From Massalongia carnosa (lineage: Eukaryota): a stretch of DNA of 64,000 bases. The notes beneath the pieces were generated by a model. It was not told the DNA's origin and made no database searches. It was given only the letters and a program-made list of their open reading frames with translations. Position numbers and translations under genes: made by a program. The DNA lies in NCBI GenBank assembly GCA_965645245.1, contig OZ287072.1:1426001-1490000 (forward strand). The letters are read 5' to 3'. This document shows, piece by piece, positions 51,701 to 64,000 of the stretch (within the stretch, counting starts at the first letter, position 1; each line of letters opens with the position of its first letter).

Positions 51701-53470
51701 AATAACACGTCACGCTTCGCATCTCATCCCTGACGTTCTTCTTCCTTGCGAACCTTCCCAATCTAAAATCCCAGACCTAACGGCGACGAATCATCCCTCT
51801 TTTTCCAAGTCCCCTCCTAGAAACGACCGCAGTGCACCACGTCGGTCCTTCCGCTGCTTTGTATGTTACATTACGTTTTTGCCTTGCGGCGATCTAGTAA
51901 TCAGCAGGTTATTTCTGCCCAAGGGACGATCCTTTGGTCAACATGCGAATCGGAGAGACCTTGGTTCAGTCGCGAAGGGAAAAAGCTCCGAATAGTGGAT
52001 TTTGAGAGGCCAAGCGATGATGTCGCTCCTATGATCATTTCTTCTTGCAGATCTGTAAGTTAGCTAATTGTCAAAACGTCCTGTTTCCTCCGTAGACGAT
52101 CGTGTAAAGAAAGGAAAAGGAAAGAAAAGGAAAGGAGGGAAAGATGGCTCTCGAACGTCCATAATACCGAGCGAGTAACTAACTATTCACGAGAAATGCG
52201 ATCCAATAAGCATGCATCATTGCATAAAGGTCAGCCCCTGACCAATGCCATTCATGCCTATTTAGGACTAGCTCCCACGGAGTCATTCCCGAAGAGTGGC
52301 ACATATGTGGCTTATCGATCCGAAGGTTCTTTTGATGCTGCTCGTCGATCACTGTGGCAGTGCACAGGTTACGCCACTCATTTGCCTTTTAAGCTTTTCG
52401 GGCTTTTCTTTACCGAGGGGCCGGCCACGCTAAGGTCAGCACAATTTCAATCACGTCTAATCACGTTTCACTGACGAGACCCGTCATGACCCGAATCGGA
52501 GGTAGCCGAGGAACTAACGTTAAAAGATGGTGAGGGATGAAATCTTCCGAGGTGAAGCCACTGGTCCTCCCTTGACTCTCTTTCGCGTGCATTTCTCCGG
52601 TCCAGGGCAAGTGGAGGCGAGGTATCCCATGACTGTTCCCTCCTTTCGCTTCCATCAGGCCCTAACCTGGATGGACGCCACAAGTAGGGTGCGGGGTTCG
52701 ACTTGCTTGTTGCAAGCCGTTGCCTAATTGGGTAAGGTCGAACGAGGGCCAGCAAACACGTGGTTCAGAAGTCACTCTTGAGGCGAAGGTTTTAATTGAC
52801 TAGTTATGTCGGACACGATGGGGATGCACAAGGCAGTATAGAGTACAGAGAAGTGATACAGCACTGATGAGATTGATTTCCATCAACGCACCCTCTATAA
52901 TGACACGTCATGACCCTACCACACCAGGGGTTTTTGGGGTATCTCGGGAATAAGGAAACGAGGCGCATAGTGCGCAAAGGGTAAAGTAGCTAAGTACAAT
53001 GGTGTGGTGTATTAGGCCAGAGAAAGACATGGCGTCGAAGTACAACTTTACTTCGCAGAAAATCAAACATGGTATAATTTCGTGTACGTCGTAGGGAATA
53101 ATAAAGGGCAATAAATCCAACAGATGGTCACTTGTGGACTCGTATATCATCCACAGTCGACCGCAGTATGTGCGTGACGAACCACAATCGTCAAAGTAAT
53201 CATGATAAAAGGAGAAGCGGTCTATGGCTTGCGCAATCTGAGGCAAATCGAAGCGGCAGGAAGCATCTCCGCTTCGGGACAAAGGTCCTGGGAACAATCA
53301 TCCACGCTCGTCCCCTGTTAGTCGTGGAAGTGCTGGGAACAGGACTGATGCATTCAAAGGCCTGATAAGGTCGACTCCATCGACCTGATTAGGGGTTGAG
53401 TAGGCATGACAGTCGTAAAGCAAAATGGGGTATCATAGCACAAATAAAACAGCAAAAGTCAGAAGAGTTC

Positions 53471-56204
53471 CTAGAACAGAAGTCGCATTTCCAAAGTCTT
53501 TGACGTAGCGCCCTCAGCACGTTCACCAATCATTGCGGAATTTGTTGGGGTTGAAGAGCCGTTTGAATCGATGTCGGAGAATTCAACGGTCATATCTTGG
53601 CCTTCGGGTAGTTCTTGAACGGTGTCATCTTCAACCATTATTTTGAGCCCTCTTGGATTGACTCGTAGGGTGCGAGAGATTTGCAGAGGGTCGACGTTGC
53701 ACTTCGCAGCAATCCCGTTGACTAAATCTTTGCTTGTCCGTGCCATGAGGTAAACGGATCGATAAAATTCGTGATCTGGGTGATCGCCAGGTATCTTGAT
53801 GAGAATGTAGAAGCACGCGATAGGCTTTATCAACCTCTCAGGAGGAGCTTTGTAGGACGGATCAACACCAAGGGCTTCGATCCATTCAGGAAGGGAATTG
53901 TCAGTCTGTGGCTTCTGAACTCGGACTGCTGACGCTGAAAAGTCCGAAGCATCTGGCACGGTGGTCGGCTCGTAGTGAGGAGTCGAAAAATGGGTGAAAT
54001 GGTCCCACTCGTTTGATGGCTGGAGTGTTGATTCGAAAGAATTAGCCGTCGGAAAGTCCACCCGTTCGTTGGGACGTGACTGTGACTGTATGGAATGCGC
54101 GCTCGGCGATGGCGATACCAAGCATGAGTTTGTAGGACTTGTCTCAACGCTAGGTTTTTGGTCCCAAGACGTATTGCGGCTGATGGTAGCTGTTTTCATC
54201 AAGTCCTGAGGTTCTCCCGGAAGTGGGACAGGAAACAAGTCCGGGTCGTCTTGCTCGTACCCTTTAAGATAGAGCAAGCTGACCAGCCGCGTCGACGTGA
54301 ACATGGCCTGGATATTTGCATGTTTCGCATGTAGATCGTCCTCAACTCCAGAGCGACCAGTGGAACCTTGTGAGGAAATGGACCATGTTCTCTTATGCTT
54401 CGAAATCTTACTCGGTCGACTGCTATTGCTTTTGGACACTATTGAGCCACTTCGTTTCCGCTTGCCAAATTCATTCGTTCCGGTCTCTACTTGGGCGATT
54501 TGCTGCTTGACTTTATCAATTGTTTTTTTAATGTGAGCCACATCGTTGGAGAGTTTGCGTTCCGCACCGTGATCTCGGAAGAGTTTGACTTTGCAGAAAC
54601 AAACCTCAGCGATGCTTCCTAGTGGCGAATCTGGTGTACCGGAAGAGACAATCTCCGTTTTCGCACATAACCGCACAGGGATGCCTTTCACGCCCTTTGA
54701 ATGGCTAAAGTCGGTCGACAGGAAATTGAAGCGAACGGCAACCGAGCACTCTGCAGATATAGAACCATGAACAGGGCTCCAAATGACCGAAAAGCAATCA
54801 AATGATGCGCTTTCCAGCTCGACGCGCGGTCGTTTACTCTCATCTTCGCCGCCTTGGTGTGGGTCAACATATTCCACTGCTTGAAGCTTTCCTCCTCTCA
54901 CATGGGCTTCTGCCAAGCCTCTCCCTTCCTTCCAAAGTTGCCAGCATGCCGAGGGTCGTTGCCGCTGCTGCTCATCTTCAAAGGAGATGCGAATGACGGT
55001 GCGATATTTGATCGGTCCAGTTGGTGGCTGTAGAGTCATGGTATCGACTATGGACATCGCATATGCTTGCCCTTTGTTGAGGTACGTAATCGGGATCTCA
55101 TCAGGATGTCGAATCATGGCTGTTGGAGCACTGAGCGTAACTTGAAAGCGAAATCTAGAGTGAAGGTATTAGTAGCTGAAGGCGTGATTTTTAATATACA
55201 AAATGGCTTACTTCTCCAGTGAGGGGATTGGTGGCGCAGGCATGCTGGACTCGAATGCTCTCGACGTGAAGGGGACCAGAGACGAATCGTTGCATGGCCC
55301 AGTTTTCCTTTTCACCTCATGCGGAGGAGAATCGACATTAGACGTCCCCATCGCTTCGAAACCTGGCTCTCGGTGGAGAAAGGAACTGGGCGCATAAGAT
55401 TGTTGTGGCGCAAAATGGTTCGATGTTTGAAAATGGCTGTCGAACATATGCGGATGGAAGCCATGAAGGTCGGTCGCTGCGGTGTGTATATTGGCTTCCG
55501 AAGTCGACAGCGAGAGAGGAGTCCCTAGCTGAAAGCCCATCCCAGGTGTATGGAGGTCTCCAGCTTGATTGTGATATGCGGTGTTCATTCCTCCAGGAGT
55601 AGGGGTGTAATAATTGGGCGGCTGGTTCGCAAAGGTAGTGAAAGCGAAGGAATTTGTATCCAAGATAGAAGGGGTGAATCCCCAAGGATCACTGGCATCT
55701 CTGGGAGTCTTGTTTTGATCTTTGTTCCCCTCGTGCTCATGAAAGTTTCTGCTAGGGGGATACTGGTGGTTAGCGGATTGATCCATAAAGGTCAAGTACG
55801 CTGATATAGGAGTGCCAAATGTTGTGTTCGCGCCAAAGGAAGATATTTTTCTAAGAGCTACTGAAGAGAGATGAATCGATCATGCAATATGTTTAGGGGA
55901 AAAAAAAAGGCCGAACCTGTGATCCATGATGGGGTCCGACAGAGCACCAGTGGCTGAAACTGTGCTCTGGATAGGCGCTGCAGATGTTGCCGTTTGGGTT
56001 CCCGGTCCTACATTAGGATGGGCAAGTTTGAAGGCGGCATACAGCTCATCGACAGGCTTCTGGGAGCTTTTCCTAATGGCAACGGTAACGAGTCAATATG
56101 ATATAAACATGAAAGCCACAATCCAGATATGATTGAAGCTCTTTTCCATAAATTGGGCAAAGCTGATGAAGAGTCTGGATGGATGCATACCGATTGCGAA
56201 ACAT
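53471..56204 (-). CDS. Grainyhead/CP2-family transcription factor
   Basis: MFRNR|KSSQKP; RFQVTLSAPTAMI, EIPITYLNKGQAY, FLSTDFSHSKGVKGIPVRLCAKTE, CKVKLFRDHGAERKLSND. Acceptor of intron 2 is ambiguous. Confidence 0.9.
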
Positions 56205-58628
56205 TGGTTATATCCTACGAAGCAGCCCTGGAAGGATGAGACTGCATATACGTGGCTCAGGTACGACTCGCACCGTTGAAGGTGTCGAGCTGAAGAATGG
56301 ATATCACGAAACCCAAACTGTCACTAGATGATGCGTCCTGGGGCTGGTAGTAGTGGGGAGTGAGTGCTCCGTATGTAGGTAGTAAGTAATAAATGGCGGA
56401 AGCAAGATGTCGAGGCAAAAGCCAGCGCAATTAACTTACGGAGGAGCTTCTGAACTTTTTAATAGGTTCTAGCACAATATAGCCTAGTCGAAAGGGATAT
56501 AGCCATCGATGCAACAAGGGCAGACAAGGCCACACGAAATGCATGCCCTAAGCGTTGTTTCCTGAGTGGTATTAGGGTTGGGATTAAGTTAAGATGGAGT
56601 TTCAGCGAAATCAGTAGCTTCCTGTGGCAGTGGAGAGGGGAGACATCTCCGGGGGTTTAGGTTTGTATTTTTTGATTTATTGGTCAGGGTTACCTGTTAA
56701 AACAGCGAGGGGGAACACTAACGGAGTAGGCGCCACACGCTTACTAGCGATGCAGGCTTGGCATAAGACTCGTACACCGTACCTTATGCTCTAACGAGAT
56801 GATTTCATGATCACCGTTTCAATCGAAATGCTTCATCCTGAATGGTTCGTCGCGTACTTTAGCTAGTAGAATACTATGTCGTCACTTGAAATGATTGAAA
56901 TCTTTTGAAAATCCCTCATATTTCTTCAACGTATATCAATCATGTCGACGATCTTTCAATCTGCGTTCGGCAAACGACAGGCATTACCTGTCGTGCTTTA
57001 TCCCATTACTAACCTAACTGGTCTAAGATGAGGCGCACCAAGTGCGTTGCAACCCGATCTTCTCCATATCGAGCATCAACTGCCGGCAGCCGGGAAAAGC
57101 ATACGTAAACCCCAAGCGAGCAATCGCAAAACGACTGGCTAGAGTGGCACCATCGCGTCGTGTCAGCCACACCGCATGACTAACCGTTGATCTTCTCTTT
57201 TCGTGCTGAGGGTTGATGTCACGGTAGCGCTCAAACAAATCATAACTTTTCAACGCTCTTTACTCCTTGTAGAGTAGTCTTGCGCAACATCCCTGCTTGG
57301 TGATCTGATCCCGTCACCGATTTCATTAATGCTGTCCCGCGTGTTGTGCGCGAAGTCAAATGTGTTGCTCAGAGCATTGCGACCCAAAATGAGAACAGGC
57401 TTACTACTATTGTTACTTTGAGCGAATCGAAGTCCCCGGGAAATGAGCATTAAGCCTCTTTGGACTTTCATTCGAGGAAAAACTATTCGGTGTGTTGCGG
57501 GAATGTGGGAAGCGAGATGAGGTTTTCTAAATTCAGCGATAACGTACCACAATGCCATGTATAAAATCCCATGCGGAAGAAATTCCTCATGAACTTGGAT
57601 ACGCTGGTGGTATTAAACTAACTGATTTAAAATACAGATCCTCTCTGCAGCTGACTTGACTCGTATTATTTCGACTAAAATTGAAATAATATTTTTATAT
57701 TAAACTACAACTATCTATGGATTTTACAATGTTATTTATGTTTTTTGTAATAAAACGACGACGATTGATGTTCTTTGGAATTTAAGATTTAGCTCGGTAT
57801 GCACGCTACTGAGGACTTTTCGTGTCATCCTCCGTATTTTCGCCTGGACTGCCTCTCAGAAGCAAAAACGCATGGGTATTTGCATTAGGTTCAGGACACT
57901 AATGATGATAACGCGGCAACGGAACCCCCTTCCTCAGGTGGCGACGGATCGGCAGCAGAAGTTGTGCAATGCCACAATTCGTCAACTCCACGTGTCAAGG
58001 AACTGCAGAGTTGAGGTCGAAACGCGGTCAGTGAGTCTTACGTTGGTTATCCACAATCGATTCGTACGCCACAATAGATCTATCTGTGGCTGGACCTAGT
58101 CGCTAGTGTCATGTTGATTTGTAGTGAGAAGCTAAAGCTCAACTTAGACTAGCGGTGGCTTGATTGACAACTGCGCCACAGCTCTAGTCCTCCCTTATTA
58201 CGCGGCACTCAGATATTTGTACGTAGGGGCATTGCACAAACTCGAACTCTATCAGCTGATTTGAAGCTTTTTCTCGTCTGGGCTCTTGGTAAAGGTACTA
58301 TTGACGGCATTTTGCACCGGCATAGTGAGACAATTATCATCTACGAGGTACGTAAGCCCATTGTGAGTGCAGTCGAAGCTGTTCAAGACACGAATAACGA
58401 CTTCCTGGCCATATTCAGCTTCATTTTTCAGGAGTGAGCTTTCTGTCTCCTTGAAAATACATGCCAACGCTTATACGGCGAACTAGCTACTCTATTCTCA
58501 ACATAACGTACCATCGTTATTGTATTAAACCTATTCATACACAGATACTGCTGACGAGTATAGGAACACAGGTTATGAACCGGTGGAGCCTCTGAAACGA
58601 TGCGAGGCTTTTCAGGCATGATAGAAGG

Positions 58629-60451
58629 TTGCCTCAGTACCTCAGACGAGACAGTGCCATCTCAGACCTGAGATGTTTCGAATGAAAAAATCTAATTTAC
58701 TACTACTTTTCATTTACTTACTATTTGGCTTGCTATTTTTTCATGCGAATCTCAAAATATCTCGGATTTCTGCTTCGGACATGCTTCGCTTCGCTCCGCA
58801 ACGGCCCTACGCTATCTCCTCCTTGGCACCCGCCAAAGCATCTGTCAAAGCATCTTCCAAATAGTCTCCCAGATAGCCTCCGCTGATTTTTATAAGGCCC
58901 CACATCTAGCCCCTAAATAGCCTTTCAAATAGTCTCCGCTGCTTTTCAAATAGTCTCCCAGATAGCCTCCCAAAAGCCTCCCAAAAGCCTCCCAAAAAGC
59001 CTTTCAAATAGCCTCCCAAATAGCCTTTCAATTATCTTCCAAGTATCTCTCAAATATCTCCCAAATAGTCTCCCAAATATTCCCCCAAATAGCTATCAAA
59101 TAGCCTCCCAAATAGTCTCCGCTGCTTTTCAGATAGTATCTCAAATAGCCTTGCATAAAGCCTCGCATAAAGCCTCCCAAATAGCCTCCTAGATAATCTT
59201 CACCGCTTTCAAATAGTCTTCCAAATAGCCTCCCAAATAGGCCTTCCAGATATTCTGCTTAGCTATCAAATAATATCCCAAATAGCCTCCCAAATAGCTT
59301 TCTAATTAGCCTCCCAAATTGTCTCCCAGATAATCTCCGCTGCTTTTCAAATAGCCTTTCAAATAGTCTCCCAAATAGTTTCCCAAATAGCTATCAGATA
59401 GCCTCTTGAATAGCCTCAATATCTATCTCCCTCGTTATCAATTTTCTTTTTCCGCCGCTTTTCGCATAGCTTCTTTAGCTTTTTGGTCTCGTGTATCTTG
59501 AATTCGTCTATTTTCTCGAAGCTGTCGATAATGAGACACTCTAGAAGCGTAAAATTAATCGACTCCGTTTTCTCCCTTCCAACCCGATTTTCTATTATAT
59601 GTCGTTTGACGTGATTATAAGCTCGTCCGTCTCGAGTCTTATCTATATCATCGTCAATTTTTTTCGTCAAAGTATCTTCCGTTAATATTCCTGTATCGAG
59701 TTCACGTTGATATTCAGCGGTGAAAGGAGCTGCGATGAAAAGGCTAGGATGAAAAGAGCTGCGATGATAGGTAAATAACACGAAAAGCACCGTAAACCCA
59801 ATCGAGTCTGCGCTAAATCTCTTATGGACGATTTCAAAGAAAATCTGATGCTTCGCAAAGAGACCTCCTCCCCCCACCGCAAAGGGGCGAAAAAGCACGC
59901 AAGTTTCGAGATATCGACTATGGTTGATGTGATTAGTAGGTCTGCAAAGTTTTACGATATCATACGATGAAATGCATGCTCGCAATGAGGTGCCTCTTTT
60001 TGGTCCTTTCCGTACGGCGTCCTCTCCGCATTATTTGATAACTCAGTACTGTTCCGCAAGCCGCGTTCCCTTTTTCGGGTTAAACCTAACCGCATGAGGT
60101 TGGATCTAACCGAATGAGGTAGTGTTGCCCAAAGTAGCAGGGGAACTCTTTCAGTACTATATAGAAGTACTATATAGACTGTTGGAGATCGTAATGTGGC
60201 TCAGCCTTCGCCTTTATTAACCTTTTCCGGTTAACTCGGTGCTAACTTATTTAGCCTACAAGTCTAACTTTTTATAGTTAGGCTTTGCTTACTAAGTTCT
60301 GCCGCCCGAAGCATGCGTAGTAAGCTAAACAGAGTCTTAACCCAAACAGTTAAACTATTCACCAAACTAGCTTAGCTTTAGACTAATAATATACTAATCT
60401 GAATAGGTTTAGCTGTGGCGAGGGCAAGGCAGGTTTGAGGTACTGAGGCAA
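58629..60451. mobile_element. Non-autonomous/decayed TIR DNA transposon, 1823 bp
   Basis: TTGCCTCAGTACCTCA (58629-58644) is the exact reverse complement of TGAGGTACTGAGGCAA (60436-60451); both ends are flanked by ATAGAAGG (58621-58628 and 60452-60459). Confidence 0.9.
58835..59420. repeat. Degenerate ~12-bp minisatellite (consensus CCTCCCAAATAG) inside the transposon
   Basis: Dozens of variants of CCAAATAGCCTC / TCAAATAGTCTC, with a recurring CTCCGCTGCTTTTC unit suggesting higher-order duplication. Confidence 0.92.
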
Positions 60452-61156
60452 ATAGAAGGATACATCTGAAAGCGAATGAGTCCTTAAGCGCAGTTTACAT
60501 CAGCACTCACTCCACAACCTGAGACGCCAACAGCACTTGAATGTTCTGGGAATAAAAGAAGAACATATACGGAGTACCAGGAAGATACGTTGGGTCCAGA
60601 GCCATCGACGTGCGCTTTCGATTGTGAAGCGATTGCCCTAGTGGACTTCAGTATTCTGGAGATGGACCGTAAGCCTTGAAGCTACGGTATTGGCAGAGCG
60701 TTGTGAAAATGAAGTTATTGTAGGTAAAGGTGGTGGTAGGGAGTGTTGGATCAGTAGACTAAAAGAGGGTTCAACGTGGATAGAGTAGGATACCCATTCT
60801 CGTGACTGTCGGCTGTGGCGTATGAGAGCTCGTAAACGTACCTCGTGGATCTTAGTAATCAGTACAGAGTAGTAAATTACAACAATACCCATATACAGAG
60901 TAACTAGTGCTGTAAAGGGCGATTTCATGAGATCACGGCAGTCCGGGCTTTAAGCCTCCTCAGGTCTAGCAAAAACGTCACTGCAGCAAGGGAATCAATT
61001 AAATGATACCGAACTCACTATGACCATCTTTAGCTTTGGATTTAGCTATTGCTACTGATACTGGTGACTCAACACCTCAGCCAGTTACGGGATATCTTGC
61101 CCGTATTTTCTTTTTATTTCATTGACCCCGTTTGCACACACTTAACCTAATATACC

Positions 61157-62947
61157 ATGAACTCTTCTTCGTTGCAACCAGAGCCGTCTGCGAACAAAGA
61201 TAGAATCTCGCCAGCTCCGTCAACCACCACCTCCGCTACCTCCACCGAAGCTCCCGTCATTTCAATCCCTGGGGCGTACACATCCGATAAATCTTCGGAG
61301 GACACCTCGAAGCTGAAGACACTGTTGAGCATCCTGCGAAAGTAAGTCTGTCGGTTTTGAGCTGCCACGATCATGAACGCTATGATTTAAATTTCTAATG
61401 GCCAGATTTGTATTCCTCGAGCCTTCTGCTGACTAGGTTTGCTCGCAGGTTTATAGGCGTGTCAGACATTGCCTCGGTGAGGTTTTCGTTACCTGCTCAG
61501 CTCCTGGAGCCAACGCCGAATCTTGGTAAGACACGCCTTTAGGCTATTACCCCTCTATCTCAGGAGCGATGGGGTGAATTGCTGATGCTGCGCTCAGAAT
61601 ACTGGAACTACCTAGATCGACCGGAGACATTTATAAGGTTTGTCTGGTATGCCTGTTATCCACAGTTCGAGCTCATAGAGTTGCCAGCATTGGTGACTCG
61701 GAAAATGAACTTGGGCGCATGTTGGCGGTGCTTCGGTTCTGGTTCACGAAAGACCTAGTAGGAAGCTCTGACTTGGGGTATGCCTAATTTCAAGAGAGTA
61801 ACGACAAGCACAGAAATACGTCAAAGGCAAACCATGCAAACCATACAACTCTGCACTGGGCGAATTCTTCAGGGTATGTTGCGAGACTTGAGAATTCATA
61901 TGCTCCGATTACTGAAAGACTTAAGTGCAACTGGGAAATCGAGGATAGCGCGCCGTCGATCCTTGGCGATGCGAAGAAAATCATAGCTACAACCTCCACC
62001 GACACCACCAAGAGACCAGTAAGAGTCTCTTACATCACCGAACAAACCTCCCACCATCCTCCTGTCTCTGCATTCTACATCGATTGCCCCGTCAAGGGAA
62101 TAACAGCGCGGGGCTTTGACCAGCTGAGCGCAAAGTTCACCGGGACCAGCATCCGCGTAACGCCAGGCGCCCACAATCTGGGCATTTTCATCACAGTCCA
62201 CAGCCGAGGAGACGAGGAATACCAACTTACGCACCCAGCTGCTCACCTAGGAGGTCTCATTCGAGGTTCCCTGTCCGTTACCGTAGCAGATACGTGCTTC
62301 ATCACATGTCCGAAAACGAAAATCAAGGTTATCCTTCACTATCTGGAGGAAAGCTGGCTGGGGAAAACACAAAACAAAGTTCTCGGCGTGGTTTACACTT
62401 ACGATCCACAAATCGACAACCGAACTCGAATAAAAGACGTGCCTGAATCCGACGTGTTGGCGAGATTGGAAGGCTCCTGGACCGACCAAGTGCAATTCAC
62501 CCTCCCCGGCTCAAAGGTAATTCTCTCCCCTCTCCAACAGAATTAGTCAGGCTGTGTCCAATCAAACCGTTCTAATCATCGAACCCTACCAACCCATAGG
62601 ATTCTCACCTACTAATCGATCTCAACCCCCTCTTCCCCGCCCCCAAAATCGTCCCTCCGCCCAGCGCTCAGCTCCCTAACGAAAGCCAACGCTTCTGGTC
62701 CGCGGTCACGGCCACCATCTTAAACAGGCAGTTCGCCCAGGCCACGAAGCTGAAGCAGGAGCTTGAGGAGCGGCAGCGTGAAAAGGCGGCGGAACGCGCC
62801 GAGCGCGGGATTGAATGGCAGCCTACGTTTTTCGAGAAGGCGGTTACGCTGGACGGGCGGCCGGAGCTTACAGAGAGAGGGAGAGAGGCGCTGAGGGGGC
62901 TGCAGGCTGAGGAGTGGGGGTTGAGGGAGGAAAATGAGGGGTTGTGA
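61157..62947 (+). CDS. Oxysterol-binding protein (OSBP/Osh family), 7 exons
   Basis: SKLKTLLSILRK|FIGVSDIASVRFSLPAQLLEP, CKPYNSALGEFF, signature EQTSHHPPVSAFY, SAKFTG, ESQRFW, KQELEERQR; TGA 62945-62947. Confidence 0.92.
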
Positions 62948-64000
62948 GCATGACAGGCGTAACTGGAGGGGCTCCTTTTTCTACTTGAATTGAGTAGAAA
63001 ACAGGTATTTTCTTTTAGGGGAGCGGTATTTGTGGATCAGCATAGGAATGAGGTGCGGTGAAATGGGATGTATTAGAAAATTTTATGCGGGTTTCTGTTG
63101 GCACACATTGCCTCAAGCCGCGAAAGGCGTTCGTTCCCTTCTGCTTCATTTTTGGTGTTTTCCAGCCAAGTCCATGTATGGCTTTTTTAAATCTATTATT
63201 CCTATCTATATATCAAGCATTAGATCTAACTACTCGTATTAATTCGGTTTTCAGGAACCTATAGCATATATGCAAATGCCAGCCACCACCGGCGTTTTTT
63301 CAACCGGAACGGATGGAATGGATAAGTTTGTCATTTTAGACCGTAGGTTTTTATCTAACTGCTGTTGAAGATGAGATAACCGCAGAGACCTAGCCGGGGG
63401 GTGGCTTTATGTACGTATAACCACAAATAACCCCGGTTCGGAAAGAATATATGCGCTAGAGACAAAAGCGGGAGATGCATTTGTAGGCTGAAATTTTTCT
63501 TCAGCGTGATTTAAGATGGATGGAATATGTCTTAGGAAGGGACGGTTTGCGCTGCAAAGCGAAAAGAAGGAGGCGAAGATATTTCGCAAGGCGGGAACGA
63601 TGGGATAGCTAAAATAAAAATTTTTTTGATGAGGTTTTTGATGTTTCAGAGAAATCAGTTGTAAGTGCACTTGCTACCGTTATTTAACTTGGAAATGCGC
63701 TCTTTTCATCTTTCTAAATCAACAGATATTTCGACTTGCTGCACGATCCAGGGGATTTCGAGCACAAGGAGAACAAACTAAAAAAAAGGGGTTCTGTCCA
63801 GGTCACTCCTTCGCGATCAGCGGAGATGCCCGAAACGTGTTAAACGGTCCTAGGCATGAAGTTTCGAATAGTCTTCATATAAAGCTTCAAAGGCTCTGTG
63901 CAGGCCTGCCTAATATGCTTAAAAGCCCGATATACCGAGTGGTTTCACGTATATTGGGATGAATGGGAACAACAAGAAAGATTACCAATACCACTGTGCG

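Noticed and set aside
58835..59420. CRISPR-like array
   Set aside because: Eukaryotic sequence; degenerate tandem units with no unique spacers.
63390..63720. A/T-run-rich stretch with a CCGGGG/CCCCGG inverted pair, possible TE remnant
   Set aside because: No TIR/TSD pair or coding similarity could be established.
1..64000. tRNA, rRNA or snRNA genes; secondary-metabolite cluster
   Set aside because: No cloverleaf or recognisable RNA gene found by eye, and no PKS, NRPS or terpene core gene; a tRNAscan/Rfam run would be needed to exclude RNA genes.

Overview
Gene-dense, intron-rich window from a filamentous ascomycete (Pezizomycotina-type GT..CTRAY..AG introns; species not determinable from the window). 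In order: 3' part of a HET-family gene, LDB17/SPIN90, GH17 cell-wall glucanase (Scw4/Scw11-like), serine palmitoyltransferase LCB1, beta-1,3-glucan synthase FKS1, GH72 glucanosyltransferase (Gel/Gas), GCNA/SprT-like protease, MOG1, ATG15, BUD20, mitochondrial aconitase, an SDR pseudogene, a secreted S1/P1 nuclease, NSL1, SEC14, GAR1, threonyl-tRNA synthetase, an Slm1-like BAR-PH protein, a Grainyhead/CP2 transcription factor and an oxysterol-binding protein. Three things the ORF track does not show stand out. First, a 1.8-kb DNA transposon (58629-60451) with perfect 16-bp terminal inverted repeats, an exact 8-bp target-site duplication and an internal decayed 12-bp repeat array. Second, a contiguous beta-1,3-glucan synthesis/remodelling block with the first sphingolipid enzyme embedded in it. 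Third, GAR1 and ThrRS arranged head-to-head so tightly that their 5' ends may overlap. Gene models were assembled by eye from splice signals; no database searches were run.
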